64,000 nucleotides of DNA from an uncultured virus (IMG/VR IMGVR_UViG_3300037132_000149). Lineage: Duplodnaviria; Heunggongvirae; Uroviricota; Caudoviricetes. Positions 28,101 to 36,657 of this stretch are shown here, piece by piece. The notes below the pieces were generated by a model. That model saw only the letters and a program-made list of their open reading frames with translations. It did not search any database and was not told the origin of the DNA. Made by a program: the position numbers and the translations under genes. The stretch covers positions 1 to 64,000 of IMG/VR virus record IMGVR_UViG_3300037132_000149; one strand, given 5' to 3'. Positions within the stretch are counted from its first letter, which is position 1. Every line of letters begins with the position of its first letter.

Positions 28101-31100
28101 TTCGTGATCGGCAGCACCTGGCCCAGGTGTTGCTGGCTCCAGGCCTCGATCGACGCCCGGGCGACTCCGGTTGGGTCGTCGGCCACGCGCGCCGTAAAGA
28201 ACCTGACATCTTTGACCTGTTTGGCGTCAATCCGCTCGCCATTGGCGAGGATGTTCCTGATCCGGTCGACCATCTCCGGAATCGGTTTCCCGATGAACTC
28301 TTTGCCTTTGAACTCGGTGTAGTGGGCGAGCGTCTTGTCGAGATCGACCCCGATCCACTCGGCCGCCGGATCCACTTTTGGCGGCTGCACCCGCTCAAGG
28401 TCGGTCGGCTTCACAGCCTCGCGGAGCTTGCCGTCAGAGAGCCGGACCCTGGCACGCACCAGCCCGGTTGAGGCCGGCGTCACGTATTGCACCACGCCGG
28501 CGGTGCCGTCCCTCAATCGGACGACGTCGCCCTTGGCTATCTCTCCGGGGCCTCGCTCTGCGGCGGCACTACCGGCTCCTGCTGCGCCGGCGCCTCGCCC
28601 TCCTTGGGTTGCATCAGCCCGAACCGGCTGGCGGCCTGCCGGTACAGCTCGAGGCCCCTCAGCACCCGCTGCTTCGCCGCGCTTGTAAGCCTGGGCCAGT
28701 GCGGTCCTTGCGGCGCTATAGGCTCTGCGTTTGATCTCACTCGCGTTCCCCTTTCCCTCGGCCAGTTCCTTGGCGGCCGCGTTAAGGATGTCGTCGACCG
28801 GCCCGGTGCGCGTACTCAGCCGGTCATAAATTTCCTGGTCCTGCGCCGCGGTCTCAGCGGTCTTCGCGTTGTCGGCCGCGTTGATCTTGTTCTGGCCCTT
28901 TTCAAGCGTTGCCGCGCGGCCCTTGTCGGCGACCGTGGCAAAGAGCCTGCGCTCCCTGCCAATCTCGTCGCGGATATAGGCCGAGATCTCCGCCTTCTCG
29001 AGCGCCAGGTTGCGCCGCATCTCGACCGCTCCGAAGAGCGTCTGCTGCGTCTCGGCGTGTTCGCCGGCACCCGACGCCATCCTGGCTAACTCGGCTACCG
29101 TATCGTCACTTACGCGACGGCCCCGCATCTCCTGGCGCTCGATCAGCTTGAGAATTGCTTCCTGCTGCTCTGGGACCGCCGTGGCGTTGCCGATCTCGAC
29201 GGCGCGGCCGATGCGCAACTGCCCGCTGACGACCTTGTCGAAGAGTGAACTGTGGAGCCGCGACAGCGCCAGGCCGTTCGCGGCCGTGGCTTCACCCAAG
29301 GATATGCCCTTTTCTTTCAGATCCGCAAGCCCAATTCCGGTATCGCGGAAGAACTTCGCTGCGTCAACCGCGGTTCCGCGGCCCTCGGCGATGTTCTGGA
29401 GCGCGGCCGTGGCCCGGGCTTCCTCGGCCGTTGCGGCCGGCAGGTGCAGCGCGTTCAGCCTGGGCACCTTGTTGTCCTTGGCGAGCTGCGCCCGGTGGTG
29501 GCCGTTGACGACGTAGAGTTTACCGTTTGCCGGATCTCGCCAGACGGAGATCACGCCGGCCAGGTCCGGGTTCCATTTCTGGCCTTTGAGCAGGTTGGTC
29601 GTCCCCGAGGCGTCGGTATTGAGTTTGTACTGGAAGCGCTTCGGATCGAAGGCTATCTCGGAAGTCTTGATTGACCCTACTTCGCCCGGGCCGGGTTCGC
29701 GTCCTCGGGCGCCACCTTGATCGACCGCACCTCGCTGGGGTCCAGTTTCAGCAATTCCTCGAAACTCGCCGCGTTCCCGCTCGCCGGCGGCGGTGCGGCT
29801 GGCTTTGTGTTCCTTGAGGGCACGCTCGGCGATGCCGGTGTCTGTTCCTGTGCCATAGCTGAAATCCACTCCTTTGTAGAGTTTGCTGGCCCCGTCCTTG
29901 GTTGTCACCTCGATGGCCCGGCCGCCCAGAATCTGGCGCGCCTTCTCGAGCGCGGCCTTGAGTTGGGCTTCGCTCTGGCCGCGGTAGAGAAACTCGTCGC
30001 CCTTGTCGTGATAGGCCTCGAGACCGGCTGCTCTCAGCGCGTCGGCTTTCGCGCGCAGCAGCTCGTCGCCGGCGGCGTAGCCAAAACGGTCATTGAAGGC
30101 CTTGAGGCCGTCCGCATCCGACATCGCGACCGAGGCGGCCGGCTGCTCGCGCTGCTTCTCTTCAAAGGCCCGGCGGTTGGGCAGGCCAGTCTTCTCGCTG
30201 GTCAGCAGTTCGCGCCGCATCTCCTCGGGCGCCATCTCGGCCACACGCTGCCGGCGGCCAGCGTCGACGCGCCGGTCTGGCGCGCCCTTGAGCGGGATCT
30301 CGGTTTCATTCCCCTTACTGTCGGTAACCGTGATCGAGTTGACCTTGAACGGCTTGCCTGCTGTGACCTGGTTGCCCACATACTTCTGAGCAGCCTCGGG
30401 CTTCACGTAGGCGATGGTCGCGTGGGGTTTGTAGTCGGCGAAGTTTGACCGCGCAAAGTCGCCATGCTGCTCGATCTCGCGGTTGAGGCGGGCGAGCTCG
30501 GTGCTCTCGACCGGCGCATGCAGGGGCACGGCGCCATCAGAGTGAACTGAAGGCGGGAAGGCTGCGACGGGCCCCAGCGTCGCATCGAATGGGCTCTGCG
30601 ACTCGATGTAGGAGCGCAGCTCCGGGGTCAGGTCATGTTGCAGGCCGTAACGCACCGTAACATGGTTGCCGCCCACATCCTTGCCCTGGCCGGCAAGGTC
30701 GGCGTCGGGAATCGCGGCGCGGGCCTGCTCGATCGCCTGGGCGGCTTCGGATCCAGCCGGGATGTTCGAGTGCGTGGTGCCGAACTCGTGCTCGGTCGCC
30801 GTCTCCTGCTGGCGCGCCTGAAAGTCCTGCCAGTGTTGGTCGTTCCGCTGGCGCAGCTCGGCTGCGGCATCCTTGTCGCCGTCGCGCGCCTTCTCGTAGA
30901 GGCTGTGGTCTTTATTGGCGGCGTCGGCCACTTCGCGCGGCAGAATCTGCACCTCGTGCGACACATCGGACCCGGGCGCGCGCACGTTGAGCGTGTAGGA
31001 GTGGAACCCATGATCCTCGTCGCCCTGGGCGAAGTTGTCCTGCTCGGCGTGCACCTCGAAGCGCTGGCGAAGCGCCGCGATCGTAGCCGGAACGTCAGCC

Positions 31101-33157
31101 GGGGAGTCGACGGCGATGCGGAACCCGGAATAGTCGCGTGCCGTGGCCGGCGACTGGCCTTCGTCCTCGATCTTTTCCTCGAGCCGGTCGGCATCCTTCT
31201 CGGGTCTGGCTCCTGCTAACTTAGCCCCCGGTACATCACTTAGCACCGTTTTGATGGTCGCCTTTACTTCGGGATGCTCCTCGGTTGCGCGCGCCTGAAT
31301 CGCTTCGGGATTGTTGCCCTCCTGGAGCACGGGCCGCTCGGTCTCTGGCTCGACCGCGCCAATTGGTTTGACTGGTTCGCCGGCAGTGCCCGCAGGCGCT
31401 GCCGGGTTATTCGGCACCGATGTTCCCCGTGGAACATTCTCGCCGCCGCCGGCGGTGAGCTCTGCCGGCGCTGTCGGGGTCGGTGCGACCGCAGGGCCAC
31501 CTGGACGGCCGTAGGTGGCCTCAGCGGCGCCAACCCTGACCTTGGCCGTAGGCGTGCCCGGGACGACGACGCTGCCCTCCTCGGGGCTGTAGCTGCCCGT
31601 GGGGCCCGGCTCCCGGTAGGCTGGCCTGTAGCCGACCTGGCCCTCTATGGGTCCGGCACCAGCGCGCAGGCCGTGCTCCCCGTAGGCTCCTTCATACGTG
31701 CGCACGCCAGCCAGGTGCGCGCCCGTCAGTAAGGCAAACAGAGCATCAGCAGGGGCCGCCGTCCAGGCCTGGGTGGCTGTGATCACATCGCCCTTTTTAT
31801 AGGCGTCGTAACCCAGGTTGAACTGCTGCACTGCTTCCTTGGCCATGCCGGCGGCAAAACCCATACCGCCAAGGATCCTCACTGCCCGCGGCACCGACGA
31901 TGATCCAAGCGCATACATCAGGGCAAGATTTTCCGGGGTTGTCAGCCCGTCCGCAACCTGTCTCGCGCCACCGCCCATGCCGCGCAGGACGTTCGCCACC
32001 GAGAGGCCGCGGTCTTGAATCTTTGCAATCTGATCAGGGTCGCCGGACTTGTAAGTGTCGATCGCTTCGCGCAGCGGATCAGTTGCGTTTTCCATGTTCT
32101 TCTGGCGCTCTGCCTGGTCCGGAGGCATCCCCGCAGAGATCAGAAGCCGCTTGTACTCTTCTGGCGTTGTCCGCCCAAACATGGGTGATTTTTTGTCGAG
32201 CGCGTCGAGCATGTCCACGGCCCGCGTGAGCAGGGGTTTTCCGGTTATGGGATTAGCGGCTAGAGCGGCCGGAATCCCCGCGACGTTCGTCCCGATATTG
32301 CGCACCGTCGCTGTAGCCTGTTTGGCGTTGTCCTCCGCCCTGTCCATCTCCCTACCGAGCGTGCCGTCACCGCTTGGGTAGGGTAGTTCGCGGATCGCAT
32401 CCCAGGCGCGGCCAAAAAGTCCTTTCGTTGGCGCGGCCTCGAGCGCTCCCGGGTGGGCCACTGCGCGGGCCGGTTTGAGCGGCGTTGCGGTTGTCGCTTC
32501 GAATGGCTCTCTAGGAAGCGCCGCCTCCTGCTGAATCTGCTCCTGCATGTTGCGCGGCGGTGCGCTGGCTGGTGCCCGGGAAAAGCCCTCTGCCGCCGGC
32601 CCGGCAAGTTCCATCTTTTCAGGTATAAGGGGTTTCAGCGGCACGAGTTCAGTCGGCAGCGTCGCGCGGTTGATGTCGATCTGTTGTGCCTGCCGTTCGG
32701 CGGTGAAAGCCGGCAACCCAGCGGCTGGCGAGTTCGCCCCTTTCAATGGCGGCAACACCTTGTAGCCCTTGGGCACGTCCTCGTAGTCGGCGGCCTCCTG
32801 CGGGGTCTCCATCTCCGCGCCTGGCTGGCGTGTCAGGCGCAACCCTGGAGGCATGGCCGCCGGTGTCGGCGGCTTGTACTGGCCGCCAGGGAGAAACTGC
32901 GGCTCTAAGATGCTGGTCTGCCGCGGCGCCGGCGTGATCGAGTCGACTGTGGGCCTCTGGCCTTGGGGCTGTACGGGTTGCGCTGGCGCCTGAGGAGCTG
33001 CGGCAGGCGGAGCCTGGGCCGGCGCCGCCGGTGGCAGCACCTTGTAGCCGTCGGGCACGTCGGAATACTGCTGCGGCTGGGTGTCCGATCCAGCCGGCGG
33101 CAGCACCTTGTAGCCGTCGGGCACGTCCGAATACTGCTGTTGGTCCTGGTCGTCCAT
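22106..33157 (-). CDS. Giant (3683 aa) polyvalent internal-virion/ejection protein with RelA/SpoT-like, 2H, GGDEF, ParB-like, HAD and zincin-like domains
   Basis: TAATG coupling at 33157; domain motifs listed in findings; last of three ejection-type genes. Confidence 0.85.
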   Translation of the reverse strand: MDDQDQQQYSDVPDGYKVLPPAGSDTQPQQYSDVPDGYKVLPPAAPAQAPPAAAPQAPAQPVQPQGQRPTVDSITPAPRQTSILEPQFLPGGQYKPPTPAAMPPGLRLTRQPGAEMETPQEAADYEDVPKGYKVLPPLKGANSPAAGLPAFTAERQAQQIDINRATLPTELVPLKPLIPEKMELAGPAAEGFSRAPASAPPRNMQEQIQQEAALPREPFEATTATPLKPARAVAHPGALEAAPTKGLFGRAWDAIRELPYPSGDGTLGREMDRAEDNAKQATATVRNIGTNVAGIPAALAANPITGKPLLTRAVDMLDALDKKSPMFGRTTPEEYKRLLISAGMPPDQAERQKNMENATDPLREAIDTYKSGDPDQIAKIQDRGLSVANVLRGMGGGARQVADGLTTPENLALMYALGSSSVPRAVRILGGMGFAAGMAKEAVQQFNLGYDAYKKGDVITATQAWTAAPADALFALLTGAHLAGVRTYEGAYGEHGLRAGAGPIEGQVGYRPAYREPGPTGSYSPEEGSVVVPGTPTAKVRVGAAEATYGRPGGPAVAPTPTAPAELTAGGGENVPRGTSVPNNPAAPAGTAGEPVKPIGAVEPETERPVLQEGNNPEAIQARATEEHPEVKATIKTVLSDVPGAKLAGARPEKDADRLEEKIEDEGQSPATARDYSGFRIAVDSPADVPATIAALRQRFEVHAEQDNFAQGDEDHGFHSYTLNVRAPGSDVSHEVQILPREVADAANKDHSLYEKARDGDKDAAAELRQRNDQHWQDFQARQQETATEHEFGTTHSNIPAGSEAAQAIEQARAAIPDADLAGQGKDVGGNHVTVRYGLQHDLTPELRSYIESQSPFDATLGPVAAFPPSVHSDGAVPLHAPVESTELARLNREIEQHGDFARSNFADYKPHATIAYVKPEAAQKYVGNQVTAGKPFKVNSITVTDSKGNETEIPLKGAPDRRVDAGRRQRVAEMAPEEMRRELLTSEKTGLPNRRAFEEKQREQPAASVAMSDADGLKAFNDRFGYAAGDELLRAKADALRAAGLEAYHDKGDEFLYRGQSEAQLKAALEKARQILGGRAIEVTTKDGASKLYKGVDFSYGTGTDTGIAERALKEHKASRTAAGERERGEFRGIAETGPQRGAVDQGGARGREPGPGEVGSIKTSEIAFDPKRFQYKLNTDASGTTNLLKGQKWNPDLAGVISVWRDPANGKLYVVNGHHRAQLAKDNKVPRLNALHLPAATAEEARATAALQNIAEGRGTAVDAAKFFRDTGIGLADLKEKGISLGEATAANGLALSRLHSSLFDKVVSGQLRIGRAVEIGNATAVPEQQEAILKLIERQEMRGRRVSDDTVAELARMASGAGEHAETQQTLFGAVEMRRNLALEKAEISAYIRDEIGRERRLFATVADKGRAATLEKGQNKINAADNAKTAETAAQDQEIYDRLSTRTGPVDDILNAAAKELAEGKGNASEIKRRAYSAARTALAQAYKRGEAAGAEGPRAVPAGRQPVRADATQGGRGAGAAGAGSAAAERGPGEIAKGDVVRLRDGTAGVVQYVTPASTGLVRARVRLSDGKLREAVKPTDLERVQPPKVDPAAEWIGVDLDKTLAHYTEFKGKEFIGKPIPEMVDRIRNILANGERIDAKQVKDVRFFTARVADDPTGVARASIEAWSQQHLGQVLPITNIKDPKMVKLYDDRATQVEPNTGQIVGGEDAETGARIQEAPPAATPAARASEATRQAAGDTAARGAVPARTEAGDLVPDQGRNAGGASGDVPAGARPAGRLPGETAEETQNRLIARGRYQRELSAAENRLTWDNAARAKVDRMEVDGAPVHVMNAPAYEAIRKIAFPEDRFEGVYLVAAEASRMVARVRSFESNVRVRPGMRQAAESLKALALALDQGRDADGSLLLIRGDYDPATLREELWHRWYIRSGLYGSDTMEELAAMPVFERVLAKLRELYKEADGPQVAAEIVGKALAGDPDIDWKGTEQQDLAQAALEAAIDEKGPAVLDGMPAADPKLAEVIKRAREYGQQTARAGAGAEGRGVAQPNREAVREATPRQGLAPDTAGSREPGGAGLQPGAEGTAPTRAELEAAGQGGLFQRRRPPGFVPLQGEPIAFPGMEDAVKEAEEARTAAEKQAMEEQLRTPLADIDKKAGEMERNAPLFRGSDASPQGSLFKRQGTGNREQGLEKAPTFYLKSERLIGQKMQGPMPANAALRMLENNGVKPEELEWTGLGDLLRAKGTAPVKPQELRETLAANDIGIQEVEKGGTPHQREVKALEPRLAGPVKFEGYTLPGGENYRELLLTLPSQGSSRYDLSELKLNEKDTTPTHWAIDAPGQQFMISKQNYGMSSAGRAMQYVADTKSRSDTHAVDFRTPHWEEPNVIGHVRFNDRTGPNGEKLLHLEELQSDWHQRGRTEGYLRSLPAEEVRALELRRNDLWKQLRGFAKFSAEPAAGAPGDWEVSVNGRIVYTVAASSAKDAIEQTNIVRSDFRGAERDDPRLAAITREYDEAQRRLNENGNRGVPNAPFKKTWPELLMKRMIRYAAENGYDGISWTPGEQQAARYDLSRQIESLDAIGFGNGKYDLTARMPDGRWREVELDVSEEKLADHVGKDLAAKIVAGAPAAGTVGRQTFSGLDLKVGGEGMKNFYDKIVPQTANKIGKPFGAKVVETSLPDNKWRVTQGPPRDGQPDFSVISSEGLTPAKDMHYYDRDAAQAEADRLNRELGAVTVPYLPVTDAMRESVMTEGQPLFKRTPVSEDLTAKRGDESEEEFHDRLAGLKAPRATPTTVTTGGHDTGKSLEDAIADLKGMPARKMGMGERVEAASDAGVAAVAKTGTAIEKAWGGVKGAAAGAWDSWGQPAPWTDYFQNLGDLRKAELRAAMDVDRYQKELKRVAPSERERNAMTAYGEAGGDPQTLKRWAAGAGSVAFESKPGGKRNAQAFKDALNLTPEQQQVADAHTRYYQQQLKILTDAGLLPAGASHYAMHTFATDPETLAKLRAVTDFSELMSNPSFLKRRVWPSFFDAIMGGEDPKTMDAGRILSSYHDAFTKTFMTRGFVRSLLYGVDPEDGRPLAALESRSGWAIVDKNTAGETRIMKQPKRPENVDDYVRIPASQLRNFTWELDDQDREVLAPGYAKMDPAEQAKLFTPEDPRFPVPEGKQLAMKGDIVIHPKYAGRVSDLVTRSWFESPSDHLPVKIIKGTARAVGKAGSTVKGVILYGSGFHQVQLGMHALDHFINPFRLDSLEDLTKDKTVQDGVGHGLKMVEIDPEGVLSGLPGMGAYHRYLFRDWIPRLKAKSYKIIYERNLERYGGGRPGAQAKLTRDEIGLMSAAQTNAAFSGQDPAFFRHLEVMNNRTFKAAEHLLLFSPDFTKARAQFVAQGFSKFGSEQRLALLRGAALMYAACRIINAALNHEQGWRRGAHWDPQDAFTVVTPKSWGPAWGNKAISVRTVYSDIAHLVASPAEWTYNRLNPVTIRPTIEFITGRDNFGRQETKTHFAKSYATQTTPIPVQKLFTTNDQSLIESFFTSLGANMANYHTPLEKKAHDLYVRGIPDEPESEERQAESRRNVQLSQKFRDGQISQTDLWNLVSTGKISPQDAARVQERGSMSDLQYDVKHMSNFDDAVKVWNAADASERAELSDIMEAKADRKIQTLASLNVPAATELENTLRQHGVPIDY
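26585..26612. repeat. 4 x 7-bp tandem repeat (TCCCTGT)
   Basis: Read directly; encodes the linker QGTGNREQG. Confidence 0.9.
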
Positions 33158-34782
33158 TATTGCCCGGGTCGCGACTCGGCGACCCATTTACCGCCTCGCT
33201 TTACTTCAATGTGACCGTCGGGTGCCTGCCGGCGCAGCCCCTCGGGGGCGGGCTGCCGCGGTGCCTTGCGGCTCGTCGCGGCGGCCGCGGCCGGCGACTG
33301 CACCAGTTGGCCCTGCGGGTCGATCATCCAGCCGTCCTTCGCTAGCTTCGCGTTCGCGTCCTGGCGCAACTTTGTGACCTTGGCGTCGTACTCGGTGCCG
33401 GTGATTGAATCGAACTTTCCCGGCACCGTGGTGCGATAGTTGCCGTTTGGCTGTCGCTTCCAGGTGCTGGTGAACTCCGTGATCTTGCTCATGCCGTCGT
33501 CGGCCGCAGCCTTGACAGTATCCGGCGGCGTTGCGCTTGGCGGCTCCTTCTCCCGGCCGCCGGCCACCTGGTTGATCTGGTTGAGGTCGTCGAGCGTCGG
33601 TTGCTTGCCGCGGTTGGCCGGGTCGCGCTCCCATGCCCGCAGGGCCTGCGCCCGGGCCGTCTCCTCGGCGGTGGCCTGCCGTGGGTCGAAAAGCCGGCCG
33701 TTGGCGCGGTAGAAAGCGGCGTACTGGCCCTTGAGGCCGAGCCTGGTCGCTTCAGCATCCCACTGTTTGTACTTGGCTGCCCACTCGGCATTGGTCTCGG
33801 CCGTCTTGACGGCTGCCTTTGCCTCGGGGGTGTTCTGGTCGGCCGTGGCTTGGGTCTTCACCAGGTCCGCCGCCGTGGTGCCGACGTGTGCATAGTCGGG
33901 CGCAACGGTCTGGAGATCCTTGCCCTTGTCCCGAATTGCCGAGGTCGCCGCGTTGAAGCGCGCGATGATGTCGGCCTTGCGCTGCTGGTCCTGGGCGAGT
34001 GTTCCCTGCCGCAGTTGCTCGTCCTCGGTGTAGTCCTTGTTTGGCGAGCCGTAGGGCGTCGCCTGATCGGGGTGGCCGCCAAAGCCCTCGGCGAAGTTCT
34101 TGAACACGCGGCCGACTGTGCCCCCGAAACTATCCTTGTAAAGCGGTTTGCCAGTCACCGGATCTGTCGCCCTGGGATTGGTGGGGATTGAATCGGTCTC
34201 GATTTTCGTGTCGATCGCCGTGGTGTCGGGCGCTGCGGGTTCGGCCTGGAAGGCTTGCCGATTCTGGTCGGCGATCGAGAGCTCGCCCTCGAGACCCTTT
34301 TGGGCGTAGCCTGCCCAAGGTGCCGCGCCAGCCGGTGCGGGCGCCGCGGGGTTCGATGGGTTCGGATTGGGTGCGGCCGGGTCGGGCGCCGTGGCTGCTG
34401 GTCCCAGCGTCTCTGGCGGCGGGGCGGCCGGCTGGCCGGGCTGGGGCCTCGTGTGGAGTACGGGCCTGGCCGGCGAGCCTGGAGGATCCTGAAAGCGTGG
34501 ATCCGGATCGGCAGCCGCTGGCTGCGGAGCAGCAGCCGGAGCGGCCGGTTCGGGGGTCGGCGGAGGGGTTGCCTGCGCAATCTGCACGGCCTGCGCGCTG
34601 GCGTTCCTTTCATCGCTGGCGGCCTTATACGGGCCCGAGAGTTGGCTCAATGCGGCGGAGGCCTTGCCCGGGTTTGCGCGTAGTTCGTCTGGGTCGTATC
34701 CGGCCGCCGCGAGCGGCGCAGAACTCCGGCTCATTGAGGCCAGGTCGCTGCCGTCTGCCCAGTCTGTCCAGTCGTCAGCCAT
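33157..34782 (-). CDS. Putative internal virion/DNA-ejection protein
   Basis: Pro/Ala/Gln-rich, TGATG-coupled, lies between tail genes and the giant protein. Confidence 0.6.
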   Translation of the reverse strand: MADDWTDWADGSDLASMSRSSAPLAAAGYDPDELRANPGKASAALSQLSGPYKAASDERNASAQAVQIAQATPPPTPEPAAPAAAPQPAAADPDPRFQDPPGSPARPVLHTRPQPGQPAAPPPETLGPAATAPDPAAPNPNPSNPAAPAPAGAAPWAGYAQKGLEGELSIADQNRQAFQAEPAAPDTTAIDTKIETDSIPTNPRATDPVTGKPLYKDSFGGTVGRVFKNFAEGFGGHPDQATPYGSPNKDYTEDEQLRQGTLAQDQQRKADIIARFNAATSAIRDKGKDLQTVAPDYAHVGTTAADLVKTQATADQNTPEAKAAVKTAETNAEWAAKYKQWDAEATRLGLKGQYAAFYRANGRLFDPRQATAEETARAQALRAWERDPANRGKQPTLDDLNQINQVAGGREKEPPSATPPDTVKAAADDGMSKITEFTSTWKRQPNGNYRTTVPGKFDSITGTEYDAKVTKLRQDANAKLAKDGWMIDPQGQLVQSPAAAAATSRKAPRQPAPEGLRRQAPDGHIEVKRGGKWVAESRPGQ

Positions 34783-35834
34783 CAGCGTGCCCCTTTCGAG
34801 TCGGCGAGAACTCTTGCGATGAACCGGCCGCCGGCTGTTTTTATGACCGCCTTTTGTCCTGCGTGCCACTCGAGGAGGCACTTTAAAACGTGGTTAGAAA
34901 TGTCGCGCTCGGTGAAGCCTTCGGCAAACGGCTTACCCCGCACCACCTTCTCGAGGTTCCAGTACGATCGCCAGAGGTTTGAGCCCTCGGCGCCGATCAG
35001 CCACAGCGAAGCGCTGCCCAGGCCGGCCTCAAAGACATGCCGCAGCACCCACGAAACTGCCCTCGACCGCGGCATCCACTGGTCCGCAATCCGCTCCCCC
35101 CAGCGCGCGTAGGCGGCCGCGACGACCCGGCCGTGCCAGGTCCTGCTGAATTTGAAGGCCAGCCAGAGCCGGAAGAGCACCGTGCGCCGGCTGCCCCACC
35201 CATCCCAGAGCCGCGCCGCAATCCAGCATCCACCGACTGCGGTCGCGATGCCTCCTGCGGCTGATTTTCCGAGGCCTTGGGCGAGAGCTCCGAAGCCCGA
35301 AACGGCCGCGTTGCCGAGTTCATCCAGGAAGCTAGGTTCCTCTGCCGCCTTTTGGCCGGTTTCGAGCGAGGTGTTGCCGGCGCCGGCCTGCTGGCCGCTT
35401 AATGTCGTCTCCAGGCTTGCCGGCACCTCGCTCGCCTGGAGCGTGCCTTTGTTGTAGGCGGCTTCGTTTGAGATCCGCTCGGCGTTCTGCTGCGCCTGTT
35501 GGCCCGAGAGCGTGCGCTCGTTGGACTGCTCATCGGCCTGGGTCGCAGCGATCGCCGGCGCTGCGTTCTGTCCCGTGCGCACGGCTGCCCCCTGCATGGC
35601 CTGGCCGGCCGCCGCGGCAGCCGCGTCCGAAGTATTGGCGAGCACCTTGTTCTGCGAGGTCTCGAACTCTCCGCCGGCTTTGTAGGGGTTGGCCGAGGCA
35701 TATTGGGAGAGCTGGTTTTCGTAGTCCTGCACACCCGTCTGAGCGCCGGTGTAGCTCTGCTGGGCGTTCTGGTTGAACGTCTGGTTCTGCTGCTCGGCGG
35801 TCGACAAAACCTGCGCTTCCTGGCCTCTACTCAT
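34782..35834 (-). CDS. Putative DNA-transfer (pilot) protein with C-terminal GGCWIA module
   Basis: Gln/Ala/Gly-rich N-terminal region typical of podophage ejection proteins. Confidence 0.6.
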   Translation of the reverse strand: MSRGQEAQVLSTAEQQNQTFNQNAQQSYTGAQTGVQDYENQLSQYASANPYKAGGEFETSQNKVLANTSDAAAAAAGQAMQGAAVRTGQNAAPAIAATQADEQSNERTLSGQQAQQNAERISNEAAYNKGTLQASEVPASLETTLSGQQAGAGNTSLETGQKAAEEPSFLDELGNAAVSGFGALAQGLGKSAAGGIATAVGGCWIAARLWDGWGSRRTVLFRLWLAFKFSRTWHGRVVAAAYARWGERIADQWMPRSRAVSWVLRHVFEAGLGSASLWLIGAEGSNLWRSYWNLEKVVRGKPFAEGFTERDISNHVLKCLLEWHAGQKAVIKTAGGRFIARVLADSKGAR

Positions 35835-35846
35835 AGTCGGTTCCTT

Positions 35847-36308
35847 TCAAAGCCCGCGAAAAAAATGGGCCAAGCGATGGTCAATCTGTTTCATGCCCTG
35901 CTCGCCGAGCACTTCAATCAACTCCGGCGTCGCGCGCTGGCGCGGCACAAAAGCGTGCGCGTCGTCGTAACCCCGTTCTTTGAGAAGCTGGAGCGCCATG
36001 GGGATGTGACCCATCGAAAACTCCATCTCCTCGCGACCGCCGCCGAAGCTCATCACCTCGATGGTGCGCAGGAAAACATGGCCGCAGCGCACTCGCCAGG
36101 GCCGGTCTCCCGTCCTTGCTTCGGTCACCAGCGCCAGCGCCACGTTCGGAAGCCTGCGGCCCAGGTCTGGGTGGCCGTCCCTCATTTCAAACACCGGCGG
36201 AAAAGGGTAACTCGTTCCGTCCCTCCGGTTCTGCGCCGCCGCCGCTCGCCATAGCGCCGGCAGATCTTTGGGCTCCATCATCCGGACTCGATACTCACAT
36301 ACGGGCAT
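35847..36308 (-). CDS. Hypothetical protein, possibly GNAT-like morphogenesis protein
   Basis: VRMMEPKDLPAL N-terminus; position before ejection genes. Confidence 0.5.
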   Translation of the reverse strand: MPVCEYRVRMMEPKDLPALWRAAAAQNRRDGTSYPFPPVFEMRDGHPDLGRRLPNVALALVTEARTGDRPWRVRCGHVFLRTIEVMSFGGGREEMEFSMGHIPMALQLLKERGYDDAHAFVPRQRATPELIEVLGEQGMKQIDHRLAHFFRGL

Positions 36309-36657
36309 GAGGCAAAGCCTTGAACTCCGGCACGTTGTGTTTTCTGGCGTAGGCCCGAAGCGCCGCGTGGTGATGGTTGAGGCGCTCGAGAAGGTGCCGC
36401 TCGAACTCCCGCGGGTCGAAGACGTTGCCGGCTGAGTCCCTGAGCGTTCCGTCCGGCTCGATCGAGAAATCTCCGCCCAGCTTGATCCTGACCGTGTTCG
36501 GCCCGACGTGGTACTCGAAGGCTCCGGTGCCCATCCAAAAGTGCAGCTCGAGGCGCGCCGGCTGGCCCGACTCCGTGTGCACGCCACGCTCGATCAGACC
36601 CACTTTGTGCATGCCGGCGTCGAGGTTCATGTGGTGATATTCGCGTTCCCAGCTCAT
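36295..36657 (-). CDS. Hypothetical protein
   Basis: ATGA-coupled 120-aa ORF. Confidence 0.6.
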   Translation of the reverse strand: MSWEREYHHMNLDAGMHKVGLIERGVHTESGQPARLELHFWMGTGAFEYHVGPNTVRIKLGGDFSIEPDGTLRDSAGNVFDPREFERHLLERLNHHHAALRAYARKHNVPEFKALPHARM

